Shown piece by piece: positions 9,224 through 18,241 of a DNA stretch of 64,000 nucleotides. A model generated the notes under the pieces. That model ran no database searches. It was not told the origin of the DNA and saw only the letters and a list, made by a program, of their open reading frames with translations. Source of the stretch: Candidatus Omnitrophota bacterium. GTDB taxonomy: Bacteria; Omnitrophota; Gorgyraeia; Zapsychrales; Zapsychraceae. The stretch is from NCBI GenBank assembly GCA_029261055.1, contig JAJDCA010000071.1, positions 25,778-89,777 on the forward strand, given 5' to 3'. Position 1 is the stretch's first letter, and the number at the start of each line of letters is the position of its first letter. The translations under genes were made by a program, and so were the position numbers.

Positions 9224-9619
9224 GTGGGTTGTCTATTAGACTTGAAAGTTTTTGTTACTATTTTTGTTATTGTTATTGCTGTTTTGAGCGTCGTATTTGT
9301 TTATAAGTTTAATAATAAAGCTTCTGTAGCCCGTCAAGAATTAAACCAGGAACGTTATTCCAGGATGATTGCTGAAGAGAATATTGAAAAGAATAAGGCT
9401 GCTTTGCAATCTCTCAGAGCTGAGTTGGCGAGGGCGAAAGCTAAAGTTAAAATGACAAAAGGCGTTTTAAAGCAATCAGTGACAGTGAATAAGGGGTTGA
9501 AGGAACGGTTAGAGACTGCAGATTTAGTTAGGGAAACATTGGAACAAAAAATTATCGAGTTAGAAGAAATTGCCACTGAAGATGATATGGCAGAAGCAGT
9601 TGTCGATGAAGTGTATTAG
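9224..9619 (+). CDS. Membrane-anchored coiled-coil hypothetical protein
   Basis: N-terminal hydrophobic helix plus heptad-rich region. Start uncertain. Confidence 0.6.
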   Translation: MGCLLDLKVFVTIFVIVIAVLSVVFVYKFNNKASVARQELNQERYSRMIAEENIEKNKAALQSLRAELARAKAKVKMTKGVLKQSVTVNKGLKERLETADLVRETLEQKIIELEEIATEDDMAEAVVDEVY

Positions 9620-9654
9620 TTAGGGGCAGTACTTAATACAGCGTTTTACTTGCT

Positions 9655-9678
9655 GGGGGATAAATAATCCCCCTTTTT
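9655..9678 (+). terminator. Putative intrinsic terminator
   Basis: GGGGGA-taaataa-TCCCCC followed by TTTTT. Confidence 0.5.
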
Positions 9679-9683
9679 ATTTA

Positions 9684-10400
9684 ATGGAATACATTGATAC
9701 AGCCAAATTACCTCAGCATATTGCCATTATTATGGATGGCAATGGACGTTGGGCTAAGTCTAGAGGGCTTTCCAGGACTCAAGGGCATAGAGAAGGTGTT
9801 AAGCGCGTTGAGGAAATTGTTGAAATAGCACGGATTATGGGGGTTAAAGTTTTAACCCTATTTACATTTTCAACGGAAAATTGGCAGCGTCCGAAAAAAG
9901 AAGTGATGTTACTGATGGCTATGATTACGTCGAAATTAAATAAGAAGATTGAGAAATTAAGAAAAGTAAACATTAGATTTCAAATTATGGGGCGTACAGA
10001 CCTTATTCCAAAGGAAGTTTTAAAGGCATTAAAGGCCGGCGAGAAGAAGACAAAAAATAATAGTGGGATGATTATGAACTTGGCTTTTAACTATGGTGGT
10101 AGGATAGAAATTATTGACGCGGTAAAAAATATTGCTAAATCAGTTCAAGAGGGCGCGTTAGATGTTGAAGATATTTGCGAAGAAACCATTTCGCAAAATC
10201 TTTACACGCAAGGGTTGCCTGATCCGGATTTATTGATACGTACATCAGGAGAGCAGCGGATCAGTAATTTTCTTTTGTGGCAGTTGTCGTATGCAGAATT
10301 ATATTTTACCGATAAAAATTGGCCTGAATTTAATAAAGATGAATTTGAAAAGGCTATTTTAGATTTTCAGAGACGTGAACGACGTTTTGGGAGTGTGTAA
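9684..10400 (+). CDS. uppS: Undecaprenyl diphosphate synthase
   Basis: HIAIIMDGNGRWA, FSTENW, DPDLLIRTSGEQRISNFLLWQ. Confidence 0.97.
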   Translation: MEYIDTAKLPQHIAIIMDGNGRWAKSRGLSRTQGHREGVKRVEEIVEIARIMGVKVLTLFTFSTENWQRPKKEVMLLMAMITSKLNKKIEKLRKVNIRFQIMGRTDLIPKEVLKALKAGEKKTKNNSGMIMNLAFNYGGRIEIIDAVKNIAKSVQEGALDVEDICEETISQNLYTQGLPDPDLLIRTSGEQRISNFLLWQLSYAELYFTDKNWPEFNKDEFEKAILDFQRRERRFGSV

Positions 10401-11225
10401 GTGATTAGTAAAGACCGTCTTATTAGTTCAACCGTAATGATCAGTCTGACAATTTTTGCAATTTTGTCAGAGTGGGTTTTTATGGGGGTTCTTTTGGCTT
10501 TAATTATCGGAGGCCTTTACGAATTTTTTTACTTAATTAAGAAAAAAGGTATCCCCATTTATAGTTACACGGGAATCGTCATCGGTGCGATGATTCCGTT
10601 GGCTATTTTCTTTCGATTTGAATTAACCAGAAATTGGGAGCTTTTTTTCATTGTTTTAGTTTTGCTCTTAATATTTCTTTTGCAGCTTGGGCGTAAAGAT
10701 AATGAAAATGCTATTGTCGGTATATCGACAACTTTATTTGGCGTAATGTACGTCTCATGGTTTTTTAGTTTTTTGATAAAAATTAGATTTTTATTGCCGG
10801 GTGTAGCTGGTGTGAAGTTGTTGGCTTTTATTTTATTGATTACTAAAGCCGGTGACATTGGAGCTTTGATCATTGGTAGTCGTTTTGGAAAGCATCCACT
10901 CTTGTCCCATGTAAGTCCTAATAAGACAATTGAAGGAAGTATAGGAAGTGCTGTTTTTAGTGCTTTGGCGGCTGTTTCGGCTAAATCGTTTATTCCACCA
11001 GAACTTCATTTTTCAGTCGGGCACATGGTGCTTATTGGGATTTTCTTTGGTGGGCTTGGACAATTAGGCGATATGTCAGAATCTTTGATCAAGCGTGATT
11101 GTAATGTGAAAGATTCGGGGAAAATGCTTCCGGCTTTGGGGGGCGTATTAGACGCGATTGATAGCCTCTTATTTTCGACCCCTGCATTTTATTTTTACAT
11201 GAGCGCAGTGCTTGGGATGTCTTAG
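10401..11225 (+). CDS. cdsA: Phosphatidate cytidylyltransferase
   Basis: SPNKTIEG, GDMSESLIKR..VKDSG..GGVLD.IDS. Confidence 0.95.
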   Translation: MISKDRLISSTVMISLTIFAILSEWVFMGVLLALIIGGLYEFFYLIKKKGIPIYSYTGIVIGAMIPLAIFFRFELTRNWELFFIVLVLLLIFLLQLGRKDNENAIVGISTTLFGVMYVSWFFSFLIKIRFLLPGVAGVKLLAFILLITKAGDIGALIIGSRFGKHPLLSHVSPNKTIEGSIGSAVFSALAAVSAKSFIPPELHFSVGHMVLIGIFFGGLGQLGDMSESLIKRDCNVKDSGKMLPALGGVLDAIDSLLFSTPAFYFYMSAVLGMS

Positions 11226-11241
11226 GAATAGTCAGAATTTT

Positions 11242-12390
11242 ATGGCTCATAAAAATATTGTCATTCTGGGTTCCACGGGTTCTATTGGCGTCAATACGTT
11301 AAAAGTCATTGAGAGGTTTTCAGATAAGTTTAAAGTTGTCGGTATAACGGCTAATAATAATGTTCGTTTGCTGGAAAAGCAGATACGTGATTTTTCACCT
11401 CAATATGCGGCTGTGGGAACCAAAAATATTTCTGTATTAAAGCGGAATATTAATACAAAAAAAATAAAAATTTTAGACGCGGCTTCTGATTTAGAATGGC
11501 TGGTAGGTTTAAAGTCTGTAGATATTGTGGTGATCGGTATGTCGGGCAGTGCTGCACTTTGTCCATTCTTAAGCGCATTGCGCGCTGGGAAAAGGGTGGC
11601 AACAGCTAATAAAGAAGCTCTTGTGATTGCCGGCCATTTGATTAGGCATACGGCTAAAAAGCATAAAGCGGAAATTATTCCCGTTGATAGTGAGCAGAGC
11701 GCAATTTTTCAATGTCTTGAGGGACAATGTCGTCAAGATTTGAAAAAAGTTTATTTAACGGCTTCCGGGGGGGCACTTTTAAATGTTCCTAAAAGTCGTT
11801 TTAATCAATTATCTGTTCAGCAGATTTTGAAACATCCTCGTTGGAAGATGGGAAAGAAGATTACAGTTGATTCTGCGACGTTGATGAATAAGGGTTTTGA
11901 AGTTATTGAAGCAAAGTGGCTCTTTGATTTGGAAATGAAAGATATTCAGGTGCTGGTTCATCCAGAAGCAATTATCCATTCGATGGTAGAATTTCGGGAT
12001 GGTTCAATTATCGCGCAGTTGGGGATGACAGATATGCGGTTGCCGATTCAATATGCCATGACCTATCCTGAGCGCTGGAAGGCACCTTTAAAGAGTCTTA
12101 ATTTTGCAAAGTTAAAACAGTTGAATTTTGCTAATCCGGATTTTAAAAAATTTCCAGCATTGGCTTTAGCCATTCATGTTGGCCAAAAAGGCGGGACATT
12201 GCCGAGCGTTCTCAACGCAGCCAATGAAGAAGTAGTAGAAAGTTTTATTAACGGGAAAGTTTCATTTTCAAAAATTTACACACTTGTAGAGCGGATAGTG
12301 TTAAGACATAAAATTATTGATAAACCAAATTTAAAAGATATTCTCGCTGCGGATCAATGGGCGAGGGAGGAGGTTCAACCTTATTTATGA
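11242..12390 (+). CDS. dxr: 1-deoxy-D-xylulose-5-phosphate reductoisomerase
   Basis: LGSTGSIG, ANKE, PVDSE, HPRWKMGKKITVDSATLMNKG. Confidence 0.97.
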   Translation: MAHKNIVILGSTGSIGVNTLKVIERFSDKFKVVGITANNNVRLLEKQIRDFSPQYAAVGTKNISVLKRNINTKKIKILDAASDLEWLVGLKSVDIVVIGMSGSAALCPFLSALRAGKRVATANKEALVIAGHLIRHTAKKHKAEIIPVDSEQSAIFQCLEGQCRQDLKKVYLTASGGALLNVPKSRFNQLSVQQILKHPRWKMGKKITVDSATLMNKGFEVIEAKWLFDLEMKDIQVLVHPEAIIHSMVEFRDGSIIAQLGMTDMRLPIQYAMTYPERWKAPLKSLNFAKLKQLNFANPDFKKFPALALAIHVGQKGGTLPSVLNAANEEVVESFINGKVSFSKIYTLVERIVLRHKIIDKPNLKDILAADQWAREEVQPYL

Positions 12391-13763
12391 TTGAACACAT
12401 ATTAGCTAATCTTCAGAGTATCGGCATATTTATTATTTTTCTTGGCATTCTTATTACAGTGCACGAGTGGGGTCATTTTATTACCGCCAAGAAATTAGGT
12501 ATTAACGTGGAAGAATTTGCTTTAGGTTTTGGTCCGACACTTTTAAGTAAGCCCTACAATGGCACGAATTACATGATTAAGCTTTTTCCGTTAGGTGGTT
12601 ATGTAAAAATGGCTGGAGATGAACGGGATCGATGTAAAGGTTTGCCCGAGGAGTTTCTTTCAAAGCCGCCGGGTCATCGGGCCTTAGTGGTCCTTAACGG
12701 GCCGGTAGTGAATTTTGTGTTGGCGTATGTTTGCCTTGTGTTGGTATTTATGCTGGGATTTTCTAATCCTTCGACCGTAGTGGTTGGTATGCGTCAAGGT
12801 CTGCCGGCTCAGGTATCAGGGGTTCAGTTAGGAGATAAAATTGTAGAGGTTGACGGGCAAAAGGTATTTTATTTAAAAGAAATAATATCCCATATTGCAC
12901 AATCCACGCAAGAACAGGTGCAATTAAAAATTTTAAGAAATGGTCAGGAAATTGTAAAAAATATTGAGTCCAGAGTCGTTCATGAAAAAAATATGATTGG
13001 TCAGTATGAAGATAAGAGAACCATTGGGTTAGATGCGAATTCAAGTAAAGTTGGAGGTTTTAGTAAGGATGGTCCGGCGGAAGTTGCGGGATTTCAGGTA
13101 GGTGATCGTATTGTAGAAATCAATGGTCATGAAGTTTTTGGTTGGCAAGATTTGCAGAAGACTGTGAGTGAATCAAAGGAAAAAGCAATTACAATCAAGA
13201 TTTTACGTGAAGGTCAGGAACTTACAAAAATTGTGGCACCGGAAATTAAAAAATTGAAAACACGATCCGGTGAGGAAAAAGAGAAACGGATGATTGGTGT
13301 CGGCGCTATGCCGGAAAAATGGGTGACGCACAAATTTAATTTGTGGACGGCATTAGGGCGAGGGTATCATGAATTTGTTGATATAACAACAATGACCTAC
13401 AAAGCGCTTTATGCTATGGTGACGGGATCGATGTCTGCCCGAGAGAGTGTTGGCGGACCAGTGCTCATATTTAATATTGTTAAAGAAGCCAGTGCTTTGG
13501 GTTTTTCACATTTTCTTTTTATTCTTGGTGTGATCAGCCTTAATTTAGCCATTTTTAATCTTTTGCCCATTATTCCTTTAGATGGGGGCCATTTATTTTT
13601 ATTGGCAATAGAAAAAATTCGGGGGCGAGCGCTTTCGCCCAAGGCAGATGATTTGATCTCCCGAGTTGGTTTAAGTTTGATGATCCTTTTGGCTTTGTAT
13701 GTGTTTTACATTGATTTTGAGAGAATTGGGCTAATTAGTAAAATTAAAGGAATTTTTCACTAA
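12387..13763 (+). CDS. rseP: RIP metalloprotease RseP with two PDZ domains
   Basis: HEWGH, NLLPIIPLDGG. ATGA overlap with dxr. Confidence 0.95.
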   Translation: MIEHILANLQSIGIFIIFLGILITVHEWGHFITAKKLGINVEEFALGFGPTLLSKPYNGTNYMIKLFPLGGYVKMAGDERDRCKGLPEEFLSKPPGHRALVVLNGPVVNFVLAYVCLVLVFMLGFSNPSTVVVGMRQGLPAQVSGVQLGDKIVEVDGQKVFYLKEIISHIAQSTQEQVQLKILRNGQEIVKNIESRVVHEKNMIGQYEDKRTIGLDANSSKVGGFSKDGPAEVAGFQVGDRIVEINGHEVFGWQDLQKTVSESKEKAITIKILREGQELTKIVAPEIKKLKTRSGEEKEKRMIGVGAMPEKWVTHKFNLWTALGRGYHEFVDITTMTYKALYAMVTGSMSARESVGGPVLIFNIVKEASALGFSHFLFILGVISLNLAIFNLLPIIPLDGGHLFLLAIEKIRGRALSPKADDLISRVGLSLMILLALYVFYIDFERIGLISKIKGIFH

Positions 13764-13820
13764 TTAAGAGATTGGCTTAACAAATTATTTTGCCAATCTC
13801 CAACGGGTTTAATTTCCCGA
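13761..13820 (+). repeat. Repeat family A, truncated copy
   Basis: TAATTAAGAGATTGGCTTAACAAATTATTTTGCCAATCTCCAACGGGTTTAATTTCCCGA. Begins in the rseP stop codon. Confidence 0.88.
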
Positions 13821-13842
13821 AAATTTTTATTGGAGAATAATC

Positions 13843-15108
13843 ATGGATGAACAATTACGAGAGAAAATTAATCGTTATTTGATTAAAGATACAGATTTTC
13901 TTAAAGTTAAAGATACCATGAACGAAGATCAGTTACGTTTGTTTGTTAATCAAGCCATTGATGATTTTAGCGCTGAGGAAACTTTGGAGTTGGATCTTGC
14001 TCAACGGATGGGATTCATCCAGGAGTTAGTCAGTGCCGTTGTGAGCATGGGGCCTATCAAATCGCTTATGGAAGACAAAACCATCACGGAAATTATGATT
14101 AATGGTGCTAAAAAAGTGTACATTCAAAGGGACGGACGGATTATCAAAACAGATATTGTATTTGAGGATGATCAGCAGCTTTTACATACGATTCAGAAAA
14201 TTCTTATTGGATCCGGATCGAATAAGCGTGTGGATGAATCATCGCCGTATGTTGATTTTTCTCTTACGGATGGCTCGCGAGTCAATGTGATTATTTCACC
14301 TTGTTCAATGGTTGGGCCGGTTATGACGATTCGTAAATTTCAAGATAATATTGCGACGGTGGATGATTTGTTGGAATTGGAAGAATTAGATAAAAGTATT
14401 GCGACTTTATTAATTGGGGCAATGAAAGCAAAATTGAATGTGATTTTTTGCGGGGCGACAGGGAGTGGTAAAACAACGGCTTTAAATGTTTTTTCTCGTC
14501 ATATCCCATCCCATGAACGTATTGTAACGATAGAAGATACTCCGGAATTAGGTTTACTTCAAGAGCACGTGGTTACGTTGGTTTCCAAGGCTTCAAACAT
14601 TGAGGGTAAAGGGGAAATTACAATTAGAGAGCTTTTTGTTAACTCTTTGCGTATGCGCCCGGATCGTATCATTATTGGAGAAATTCGTGGTGAAGAAATG
14701 TTGGATTTGATTCAATCTATTTCCAGTGGGCACAGCGGCTCGTTAGCTATTGTTCATGCTGAGAGCCCTGAAGATTGTTTTAACCGGATGGTGACGATGA
14801 TTTTGATGACAGGTATTCGCTTGAGTAATGAGGAAATTCGAAAACAAGTCGTCAAAGCCATTGATTTGATTGTGCATGTAGAGTTATTTATGGATGGAAA
14901 ACGTCGCGTGACAGCGGTCACAGAATTAGCTTATGATGAGTCAACAGGAAAAGTTACCCAGCATGATATTTTTCGATTTCAACAAAATGAAGTCAAAGAA
15001 GATGGAAACATTATTGGTGAATGGATCATGGATAAACGAAGACCTTCTTTTATTGAAAAGTATGAAAAAAGAAGAGTTATTTTACCGGAAGGTTTTTTTG
15101 AGGCATAA
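13843..15108 (+). CDS. CpaF/TadA-family secretion ATPase
   Basis: EIMING, DGSRVN, GATGSGKTT, TIEDTPEL, LRMRPDRIIIGEIRG. Confidence 0.9.
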   Translation: MDEQLREKINRYLIKDTDFLKVKDTMNEDQLRLFVNQAIDDFSAEETLELDLAQRMGFIQELVSAVVSMGPIKSLMEDKTITEIMINGAKKVYIQRDGRIIKTDIVFEDDQQLLHTIQKILIGSGSNKRVDESSPYVDFSLTDGSRVNVIISPCSMVGPVMTIRKFQDNIATVDDLLELEELDKSIATLLIGAMKAKLNVIFCGATGSGKTTALNVFSRHIPSHERIVTIEDTPELGLLQEHVVTLVSKASNIEGKGEITIRELFVNSLRMRPDRIIIGEIRGEEMLDLIQSISSGHSGSLAIVHAESPEDCFNRMVTMILMTGIRLSNEEIRKQVVKAIDLIVHVELFMDGKRRVTAVTELAYDESTGKVTQHDIFRFQQNEVKEDGNIIGEWIMDKRRPSFIEKYEKRRVILPEGFFEA

Positions 15109-15110
15109 GC

Positions 15111-16376
15111 ATGTATTGGTCTAATTATTTTATCCCAACATTAAAAGAAATCCCGATAGGCACAGAAGCTGTCAGTCATCAGCTATCGTTGCGTGCTGGA
15201 TTAGTGCATATGCTGACTTCAGGGGTGTATTCTTATTTACCATTAGGTTTGCGTGTATTGAAACGTATTGAGGATATTATTCGTGAAGAAATGAATGCTG
15301 CCGGAGCGAGTGAGCTTTTTTTACCTTGCCTGCATCCTATGGAATTGTGGAAACAAACAGGACGTGATGAAGTTTTAAAGGATGTTATGTTCAAATTTCA
15401 AGATGGCCGTAAACGTCCGATGTGTTTAGGCCCCACGCATGAAGAAGTCATTACAGACTTGGTAAAAGGTTTTGTGCAGTCTTATCGGCAATTGCCGATT
15501 GTTTTGTATCAAATTCAGACGAAGTTTCGAGATGAATTGCGTACACGTTTTGGCATTGTGCGCGCCTGTGAATTTATTATGAAAGATGCTTACAGCTTTG
15601 ATCGTGATAAGGCAGGGTTGGAAAAAAATTATCAACGTATGTTTGAGGCGTACAAAATTATTTTTAAACGATGCGGATTAGAAACCGTTATTTTGGAAGC
15701 TGACAGCGGGGCAATGGGGGGAGATGTTTCTCACGAGTTTATGGTTCCGGCGCCTATTGGGGAAGATGCGATTGTGTCGTGCGCATCATGTGAATTTCAT
15801 GGGGGTATTAAAGAGGGGCAAGATGAAGGGGCAAATTGTCCGAAGTGTCAAAAAGGTTCCTTGCAAAAGCAGGTGACCATTGAATTAGGGCATATTTTTC
15901 AACTTGGAACCAAATACAGTGAGGCCCAGAAAGCTGTATTCTTAGATGAAGATGGGAAACAAAAACCCATGATTATGGGCTGTTACGGTATTGGGGTCAG
16001 CCGCGTGATTGCTGCCATTATCGAAAAACATAATGATGATAAAGGGATTATTTGGCCGAGTGGTGTGGCCCCTTTTGATGTAGAGATTTTACCCCTTTCT
16101 TCAAAGGACGGTGGTGAGGCCATCAAAGGATTAACGGATCAATATTATGCAGAGTTAACTAAATCTGGATGTGATGTCTTGGTTGATGATCGTCCTGAGA
16201 GCGCGGGGCGGAAGTTTAATGACGCTGATCTTATCGGGATTCCTTATCGTTTGACTATCGGGCAACGAAATTTGGCTCAAGGTAAAGTGGAAATCAAAAT
16301 ACGGGAAACAGGCGAAATGATTTTGGTAGATAAAAATGAGGCCAAACAAAAATTATTGGAAATGTTGGGTAAATAA
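15111..16376 (+). CDS. proS: Prolyl-tRNA synthetase, short form without the INS editing domain
   Basis: LGPTHEE, YQIQTKFRDE, EFIMKDAYSF, IELGHIFQLGTKYS, MGCYGIGVSR. 421 aa. Confidence 0.96.
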   Translation: MYWSNYFIPTLKEIPIGTEAVSHQLSLRAGLVHMLTSGVYSYLPLGLRVLKRIEDIIREEMNAAGASELFLPCLHPMELWKQTGRDEVLKDVMFKFQDGRKRPMCLGPTHEEVITDLVKGFVQSYRQLPIVLYQIQTKFRDELRTRFGIVRACEFIMKDAYSFDRDKAGLEKNYQRMFEAYKIIFKRCGLETVILEADSGAMGGDVSHEFMVPAPIGEDAIVSCASCEFHGGIKEGQDEGANCPKCQKGSLQKQVTIELGHIFQLGTKYSEAQKAVFLDEDGKQKPMIMGCYGIGVSRVIAAIIEKHNDDKGIIWPSGVAPFDVEILPLSSKDGGEAIKGLTDQYYAELTKSGCDVLVDDRPESAGRKFNDADLIGIPYRLTIGQRNLAQGKVEIKIRETGEMILVDKNEAKQKLLEMLGK

Positions 16377-16381
16377 TAACC

Positions 16382-16840
16382 ATGGCTTGTGAGGAAATAT
16401 CTAAAATTATTGAATCTATTTTGACGCCGTTACTTGATGAATATGATCTTGAACTTTTTGAATTAAATATCAATACACATAATAAGTTTACGATGGTTGA
16501 AGTTATTGCCGATAAGGCTCGCGGCGGGGTTAATATGGGGGAGTGTGGCCGTATTAATAAAGCTCTTTCCAGAGAGATTGAAGAAAAAGAATTGATTGAA
16601 GGTAACTTTAGTGTTGATGTGTGCTCTCCAGGATTAGATCGACCTATGAAAGTTCAGAAAGATTTTGTGCGCGTTATTGGTCGAAATGCAAAATTTCATC
16701 TCACCGAACCTGTGGCAGGTAAATTGGAGCATGATGGTACAATTGAAGATGTTGAACAGGATGATGTTATTATTAAGACAAAATCTGAATCATTAAAAAT
16801 ACCGTTAGCAAAAATTAATAAAGCAGTACAAATTATTTAA
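16382..16840 (+). CDS. rimP: Ribosome maturation factor RimP
   Basis: VCSPGLDRP, upstream of nusA. Confidence 0.92.
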   Translation: MACEEISKIIESILTPLLDEYDLELFELNINTHNKFTMVEVIADKARGGVNMGECGRINKALSREIEEKELIEGNFSVDVCSPGLDRPMKVQKDFVRVIGRNAKFHLTEPVAGKLEHDGTIEDVEQDDVIIKTKSESLKIPLAKINKAVQII

Positions 16841-16844
16841 TATT

Positions 16845-16894
16845 AAGTGACGCGTCACTAGCGACGCGACACATGAGTCGCCGCCGAAGGCGGC
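16845..16894. repeat. Heptamer-repeat element (one arm) plus small GC hairpin
   Basis: AAGTGAC GCGTCAC TAGCGAC GCGACAC followed by GCCGCCGAAGGCGGC. Related to 22464 and 30858. Confidence 0.7.
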
Positions 16895-16917
16895 TTAATT
16901 TGAGGAAGGATAGAATT

Positions 16918-18183
16918 ATGGGAAACAATGAATTATTAACAATACTGGAACAATTAGAACGTGATAAAGGCATCGAGAAAGAAATTCTTATTGAAGCTGT
17001 TGAAACAGCGGTTGCTTCTGCGGCAAGGAAACTTTGGACGGTGGATAAAGAAGAGGATATTAAGGTTGTTCTTAATCCAAAAACAGGAAAACTTACAGCG
17101 TATGCCGGGGATCAAGAAATTCGATCGACTGAGTTTGGCCGTATTGCTGCTCAAACAGCTAAACAGGTGGTGATTCAGAAAATTCGTGAGGCTGAAAAAG
17201 ATGTGGTTTTTGCGGAGTATCAGGTTAAAATCGGTGAAATTATTTCCGGGAGTGTTTATCGTTTTGATAAAGGCAATATTATTGTTGATTTAGGTAAAGC
17301 TGAGGCCTGCATTCCACGAAGAGAGCAATCAAGTCGGGAAGAATTCCGTCAAGGAGACCGTGTTCGTGTTTATGTTTTGGATGTCAGTCGGGAACACAGA
17401 GGGTCTCAGATTATTTTGTCCCGGGCACATCCTAACTTTGTTAAACGTCTTTTTGAACTGGAGGTGCCGGAAATTTATGAAGGTATCGTGGAAATAAAGT
17501 CGATAGCACGGGATGTGGGAGAGCGGACAAAGATTGCTGTTTATTCTAAGGATGAAAAGGTTGATTGTGTGGGAGCCTGTGTTGGCATGCGTGGATCGCG
17601 TGTTAAAAATATTGTTTCAGAAGTTCAGGGGGAGAAAATAGATATCGTGCGTTATTCATCAGATATCAAAGAATTTATTCAAGCGGCTTTGTCTCCTGCT
17701 GAAATTTCGCAAATTCAGCTCGATTTTGATGTCAAAAAAGCCAATATTATTGTGGATAATGATCAGTTATCTTTAGCCATTGGAAAGCACGGACAGAATG
17801 TTCGTCTTGCCAGCCAATTGGTTGGTTGGGAACTTGATCTATTTTCTTTTGAGCAATGGGAAGAAATCCAGAAGCAGCAGGCAGAAGAAGATGCTAAAGA
17901 AGAGGAAGAAAAAGCAGCAGAAGTTGTAGAGGGTGATGTAGAGGTAGAGGAAGGTTCAGAGGAAGAGGAGAATTCAGAGAGGGCTGATGAGGTTGAGGCA
18001 AATACATTGCAGGATTTGTCAGGTGTTGGAAAAAAAATGGTTGATCAATTGCAAGAGGCTGGTTTTGATTCATTAGAAAAAATTGCCGAGGCAGACACGT
18101 CGGGTTTGACACAGGTCAAAGGTTTAGGTAAAATCAAAGCTGAAAAAATGATTGGAGAAGCTAAATCATTGCTTGAGAAATAA
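16918..18183 (+). CDS. nusA: Transcription factor NusA with acidic linker and C-terminal HhH
   Basis: FGRIAAQTAKQV, VGACVGMRGSR, LAIGKHGQNVRLA. ATG 16918 follows an AAGGA RBS. Confidence 0.97.
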   Translation: MGNNELLTILEQLERDKGIEKEILIEAVETAVASAARKLWTVDKEEDIKVVLNPKTGKLTAYAGDQEIRSTEFGRIAAQTAKQVVIQKIREAEKDVVFAEYQVKIGEIISGSVYRFDKGNIIVDLGKAEACIPRREQSSREEFRQGDRVRVYVLDVSREHRGSQIILSRAHPNFVKRLFELEVPEIYEGIVEIKSIARDVGERTKIAVYSKDEKVDCVGACVGMRGSRVKNIVSEVQGEKIDIVRYSSDIKEFIQAALSPAEISQIQLDFDVKKANIIVDNDQLSLAIGKHGQNVRLASQLVGWELDLFSFEQWEEIQKQQAEEDAKEEEEKAAEVVEGDVEVEEGSEEEENSERADEVEANTLQDLSGVGKKMVDQLQEAGFDSLEKIAEADTSGLTQVKGLGKIKAEKMIGEAKSLLEK

Positions 18184-18241
18184 TTTTGAGTCAAGGGGTA
18201 AGGTTCTATCAATCTGTGTCCCTTTAAATAAGGAATAATTT

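Noticed and set aside
9620-9640. TAGGGGCAGTACTTAATACA resembling TAGGGCAGTAACTTATTAACA at about 62290
   Set aside because: Only two loose matches and no shared structure, so insufficient for a motif call.
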